Shown here piece after piece: positions 61,701-64,000 of a stretch of DNA of 64,000 nucleotides. Under the pieces are notes generated by a model. That model was not told the origin of the DNA and made no database searches. It worked only from the letters and a program-made list of their open reading frames with translations. Every line of letters starts with the position of its first letter. Positions within the stretch are counted from its first letter, which is position 1. The DNA lies in contig JAUCBJ010007135.1 of NCBI GenBank assembly GCA_032718475.1, positions 1 through 64,000 on the forward strand. Direction: 5' to 3'. The stretch is from Nemertoderma westbladi (lineage: Eukaryota > Animalia > Xenacoelomorpha). The position numbers were made by a program, and so were the translations under genes.

Positions 61701-62113
61701 TGCGCATGCGATACTTCAGACCTAACAGGTTGACACATTGTTACAGAGGGTGGTGGTATACCCCTTTGAGTATTTACTAATTTATCGCGTTCTAGCGCGA
61801 TACTTTGCTGCACTTCTTGCAACTCTAGCCTACTTTCCCTTACTGTGCCCTTGAATTGCTGGACAGTCTCCTGCATCTGCCCGAGCAGGAGATCCATCCC
61901 CCGCCGTCTCTCGTCCACCCATTCGACCGCCGAAGCGGGAGTCGCCAACGTTGTAGCGGGCGGACGAGGGACAACGGGCGACAAATTATGAATATTTCGC
62001 TCGGGGTCTAGGACTTGAACTGTCTCCTGGGCAGTTCTACGGGGCACAGGTAGCTTAGTGCTATGCAGAGGGAATTTAGAGGCAACTTCAGGGAGTACAG
62101 GTGTTTCTATCAC
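55733..62113 (-). CDS. pol: BEL/Pao Gag-Pol (capsid, knuckles, PR, RT, RH, IN)
   Basis: FNGDEMKW, three knuckles, LLDSGS, DIEGMFLQV, IYMDD, VFGDAS, NPADIASRG, GVDLFGP, SDKGTNF, GSWERLI. Confidence 0.96.
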   Translation of the reverse strand: MIETPVLPEVASKFPLHSTKLPVPRRTAQETVQVLDPERNIHNLSPVVPRPPATTLATPASAVEWVDERRRGMDLLLGQMQETVQQFKGTVRESRLELQEVQQSIALERDKLVNTQRGIPPPSVTMCQPVRSEVSHAQGVEPTRIYTASEVETPIVNPIKGNYRPVDNDIPYRTDHNPRNLYTDNSILNNTMAQESFTRQMARTEARQAVKVGEIVKFNGDEMKWLPFNEYYKDNIQNSVLSNGEKLRYLIECLEGSPKLMALKFIGHPDGLRQVWDTLNIRYGNRNNIAKYLYAKLVAPRKFISSGIIEFSDEIQEICRQLDWLGKSHEYQSSMVIGAVASTLPKGGVGTRWDKKVLYMMEQQRRDPTMADLMSFLDGEVKLQLLKQSREKTPENKVSEKPVSRRKVTPVCYTDDGESQTSQGEDSGKDTDRSYYVNKMPKDQVSKFKSRANDRREQVRKTPPTSPKRIPVRKPEERASVHNVTQNKVSNIKPKCALCDGTHRLNMCDEFLKKSLTERREVMWDKRLCYNCLRQGHQRRTCFSDIRCAKCGAKHHILLHAEFDRNSPNQVSDSELHVQFSDVNDTDQSEMEGFYTDEFSDENESCYMINTAVYRALTYEKDTDNDFTLTTSERQPSWKEPSSNVGIREFPVVQVRVHGPKRSYVVNALLDSGSTGTFIDKELAEDIFAGQPKFQTKLNMSGIMQVWKSTITADYYVGALSTPQDELGEHSIRSVKMVAIKNFATTQADLYNWDEDESIQHLNIPRFQTDYPGVQILIGQNAHEALETLEKRPAQPQPLQTYAVRTRVGWYFTGPSRRTLRERLPQERVCQVSEWEDDASEGDDSTEGIPYSSDNDDVHQLFDEENTIDLLKENEAWQNQVNLCQLLYPSEREAYNDELNDVIERCNAKTRDEHAVRFFTQEAVEPNSYDKALSVEEERAKQIQETTTRFLKDQGRYEVGLPFRKREPKFINNRPLAEKRIAQLHRRLTANSSAKAMYQTQLEKFISKGYAERVPEETPVTERTYYLTHHYVPKPGKPHEVRVVFDGSALYMGQSLNSELLPGPNLLQSLLGILLRLRQYSIAFASDIEGMFLQVKVLDGDRDSLRFLWWPEGDLNQKPVEYWMTIQAFGIISSPSNACSVVRATAEDNREAFSKEVIDNIKRDIYMDDNLKSLPSVEEAIDVAKGTVECLKRGGFRLTKFTSNSREFLESIPAEDRGAKDLDLIKDDLPETKTLGLKWDTERDILFFQLKQRDNLVRTKRICLSILSTYFDPLGFISPVILIARSLVQQMWLENHSWDDPLKGELLKKWMKWEDSLPAIEDFIISRSYFGHVLPTYSYQLHVFGDASDMGIGIVAYLRVETPDGIKVALVTSKALINNKLKVPRAELKAALYATAIGRNVTEQIDYPLEKTVYWTDALLVLEYITNEVCQFSVFVTNRVAIILSRTTMDQWRHCPGTINPADIASRGATPKELVNTPEWLGGPDFLYREEEEWPPHLTTAEIRQAKGAEKVKPKTRASKSKLFKPAVDLSVLFTSGEDALDQKPTATTKEVLEIRDKDWKSGIPDISQGLSPLLQRAIRHYSSWNRLCKAVTYLKRCFHHRYSGTKPNSDDAPSTSARVHVVKDLPQYKISDRFLKEKISYQEHDETNKQMLRLLQCYEDPDKYFLLLRNPQMRLRDRFSSTMIDGLIRVGGRLTNAPLSFDTKFPILIRNLDIQIKIIVDVHSKLYHAGRERVLSEIRTRYYFYKPRRALNQVLRNCIPCRKAFSRPLTQREAELPRERVSFYEPPFTNTGVDLFGPIEVYRARTIVKRWCVIFVCMTCRAIHLDMVNDLSTNSFVLSLRRQIARFGTSNTMRSDKGTNFIGANNEIQAYVKDWNKRQVDDQLRITASSWTFNAADAPWWGGSWERLIRSVKTAFHFIVPCRAYLTDELLRTLMEEIAAYLNERPLMPVSSNPDSLEALTPAHFLLKKPVAMLPRSEITDGDEYCRRTWQLMQLLSRRFADHFEKHYLPTLQLRTKWFAQQENVSAGDMVLIVDPDLPRKRWQTGRIIETHISSDGLVRSVELVVMRRNFKKPGIVFETQQLNRPVGRLCLLERDRELSGNYGRQDTLPTTTSLIQQTSRDSPT

Positions 62114-62191
62114 CGAAGGGGTGATTTCGAGAACAGGCCTAATTATTTCAGGCTCATCTACTATAGTAGGGAGTCTTTCTATTTTAATTAT

Positions 62192-63619
62192 TTAGTCTGT
62201 GGGTTCTGTACTGCCTAAGTTGGTGTTATTTAGTTGCCTTCTAACAGCTGGAGGCAAATCAGGCAATTTCTGATGGTGGAATGTTCTTTTACGTCTACTT
62301 AGACGAGATCTATTTCCCTTGCCTTCAGTATCGGTGGTATCGCCTTCCTCAGATGATGTATATCCCTGTCTTTTGGGAGTAGATCGATTCATCATCTGCA
62401 TATTACTAGCTGTTAACTGTTTATTTATGCAGTCTTGATTCTCCTGAATGTTTTCCAATTCTAATTGGGTGGTTTCTTCAGTCGCTCTCCGTTCGGCTTC
62501 TGCCACTGCCTCTGCGGCCTTTCTCTCAGCCTCGGCCGCCTTTGCTTCTGCCGCTGCCGCTGCCGCTGCCGCTTTTGCCTCTGCCGCTGCCGCTTTTGCC
62601 TCTGCTGCTGCCTCTGCCGCCTTTGCCTCTGCCGCTGCCTCTGCCGCCTTTGCCTCTGCCGCTTTTGCTTCTGCCGCTGCCGCTGCTGCTTTTGCCTCTG
62701 CTGCTGCCTCTGCCGCTGCCGCTTTTCTTTCTGCTTCTGCAGCTACCACTGCCGCTTTCTTTCTGTCTTCTATACGTTTTTTCTTTACTTGCTCTTCTTG
62801 GACTCGTGTGATGCGGAGTTGTTCATCGAATTTAGCCTGATTCGCAGCCCTCATTTCCACATCGATGGCATCCAACACAAGCTTGGTTCCTTCACTATTA
62901 GGGCTAAGTCCCTCTAACCTTCTCCTCAACTCGTCATTACCTAAAAAACGTTGATAGTCCGACAGATAGATGTCAATGGCATCCCTCTTATGCGGTTTCT
63001 CTGCCGTCGCTTCACTTTCCACTTGGGAATAAGTAGCGTCTGTTGATTCTCCATGGGTTGAGCGCTCCTCCAGCTGAGCTTTCCACTGAGCTGTTCCTTG
63101 AACCTGGCGACTCACCCGTTGAAACCAAGTTTTTACGGCAACTTGCAACGACGTGTCTTGTCTTCGTTTAGAAGCCTCCTCAAAGGCCGATAATATTAAC
63201 CTGATTCGTAGAATTCTTTCTCTTACTTGATAAAGCAGCTGTCCCTGCTCTTGAGGTCCTTGAGGTTGTTGTAACAGTTGTTTTTCTACTCGCTCCATAG
63301 AGCTGAAGAATCCCTGTGCGTATCCGGCTGCGGACCTCTTCCACACAGCTGGATCGACGGTTTCCTCGGCTACTCCCATCCGGTGTATGTCTTCCCAGGC
63401 AGATTCGGATAAATCAAACGGGAGTCCGGGTCCGGGGAAGTTCCATTGCGACTCGACAATAGACTTCAGTTCTTCCCTCGTGTATCCAGCATAACTATCT
63501 CTAGTCGAACGCTGGCTTCTCGCCCAATCGATCTGGTGTTCTTCCACAGCGATCAATAACCTAGTGAGTACGGCTGCAGGAAGGATGAGAAGGGGATCTG
63601 AATAAGCCTCATCCGTCAT
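62192..63619 (-). CDS. gag: N-terminal Gag portion with AAEAK helical repeat
   Basis: Same frame as 55733-62113, separated only by one TAA at 62192-62194. Confidence 0.85.
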   Translation of the reverse strand: MTDEAYSDPLLILPAAVLTRLLIAVEEHQIDWARSQRSTRDSYAGYTREELKSIVESQWNFPGPGLPFDLSESAWEDIHRMGVAEETVDPAVWKRSAAGYAQGFFSSMERVEKQLLQQPQGPQEQGQLLYQVRERILRIRLILSAFEEASKRRQDTSLQVAVKTWFQRVSRQVQGTAQWKAQLEERSTHGESTDATYSQVESEATAEKPHKRDAIDIYLSDYQRFLGNDELRRRLEGLSPNSEGTKLVLDAIDVEMRAANQAKFDEQLRITRVQEEQVKKKRIEDRKKAAVVAAEAERKAAAAEAAAEAKAAAAAAEAKAAEAKAAEAAAEAKAAEAAAEAKAAAAEAKAAAAAAAAEAKAAEAERKAAEAVAEAERRATEETTQLELENIQENQDCINKQLTASNMQMMNRSTPKRQGYTSSEEGDTTDTEGKGNRSRLSRRKRTFHHQKLPDLPPAVRRQLNNTNLGSTEPTD

Positions 63620-63933
63620 CCTTGCTCCGATTCGGGTGTCAGCTCTACAGTATCTTCACTACTGGAGCTGTTGGGCCGCTGAGAAATAAGTTCTTGGCTC
63701 GCGGGTTGTTGCTGTTCCGCTGCTTCTTGGTTCCGCTTGACCTGAGCTCGAGTGCCTATGACAGACCTACGATGTTGGACCAGCCTAGGTTCTTTTATTA
63801 CTACTGGAGGGATGACCTTCCTCACAGTGGGAGGTGAACTGAACTTACGACCAGACGGTTCTACGTCTCTATCTGAGTCGCAGATAGTTACATCTAATAA
63901 ACTGTCTGACAGGTTCTGCTTAGTATCAGACAT
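63616..63933 (-). CDS. Upstream ORF (105 aa) overlapping the gag start (ATGA), or frameshifted Gag N-terminus
   Basis: TGA/ATG overlap at 63616-63619. Low-complexity S/P/Q-rich sequence. Confidence 0.45.
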   Translation of the reverse strand: MSDTKQNLSDSLLDVTICDSDRDVEPSGRKFSSPPTVRKVIPPVVIKEPRLVQHRRSVIGTRAQVKRNQEAAEQQQPASQELISQRPNSSSSEDTVELTPESEQG

Positions 63934-64000
63934 GTCTACATATACCGTTGAATGTCTACTGCTGTATTACAGTCTGAGCAAGTCTAGTAACTCAGTATTA

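Larger units (their letters stand above)
51517..64000 (-). mobile_element. BEL/Pao LTR retrotransposon (BEL-2), 5' end outside the window
   Basis: Gag-pol with BEL motifs, ~3 kb post-pol region, putative 3' LTR ending at the HECT exon break. Confidence 0.9.

Noticed and set aside
62448-62917. Cys-, Ala- or Leu/Pro-rich plus-strand ORFs
   Set aside because: Antisense shadows of the AAEAK repeat in gag.

Overview
AT-rich animal (probably invertebrate) genomic DNA, almost entirely transposable-element derived. The only apparently intact host gene is an intronless class A peptide/chemoreceptor-like GPCR (5319-6590). Two BEL/Pao LTR retrotransposons dominate. BEL-1 is complete (+, 16928-30513, ATCTA target-site duplication). 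BEL-2 (-, 51517 to beyond the window end) is inserted in a HECT-ligase-like exon. The rest consists of Gypsy, RTE, CR1/L2, CRE and Penelope fragments, a Nin-type SINE, piggyBac, Transib and Sola-like remnants, MITEs, a FReD pseudogene, palindromes and a minisatellite. BEL-1 is the most unusual object. It carries an accessory gene for a DEDDy-type 3'-5' exonuclease fused to zinc knuckles. Its LTR contains a 95-nt-period array of RNA hairpins with compensatory base changes, a canonical kink-turn and a cUUCGg tetraloop. A second covarying loop-E-like hairpin recurs in the LTRs, inside gag and inside the exonuclease ORF. All assignments were made by eye from motifs and no searches were run. Boundaries of degraded elements are approximate.
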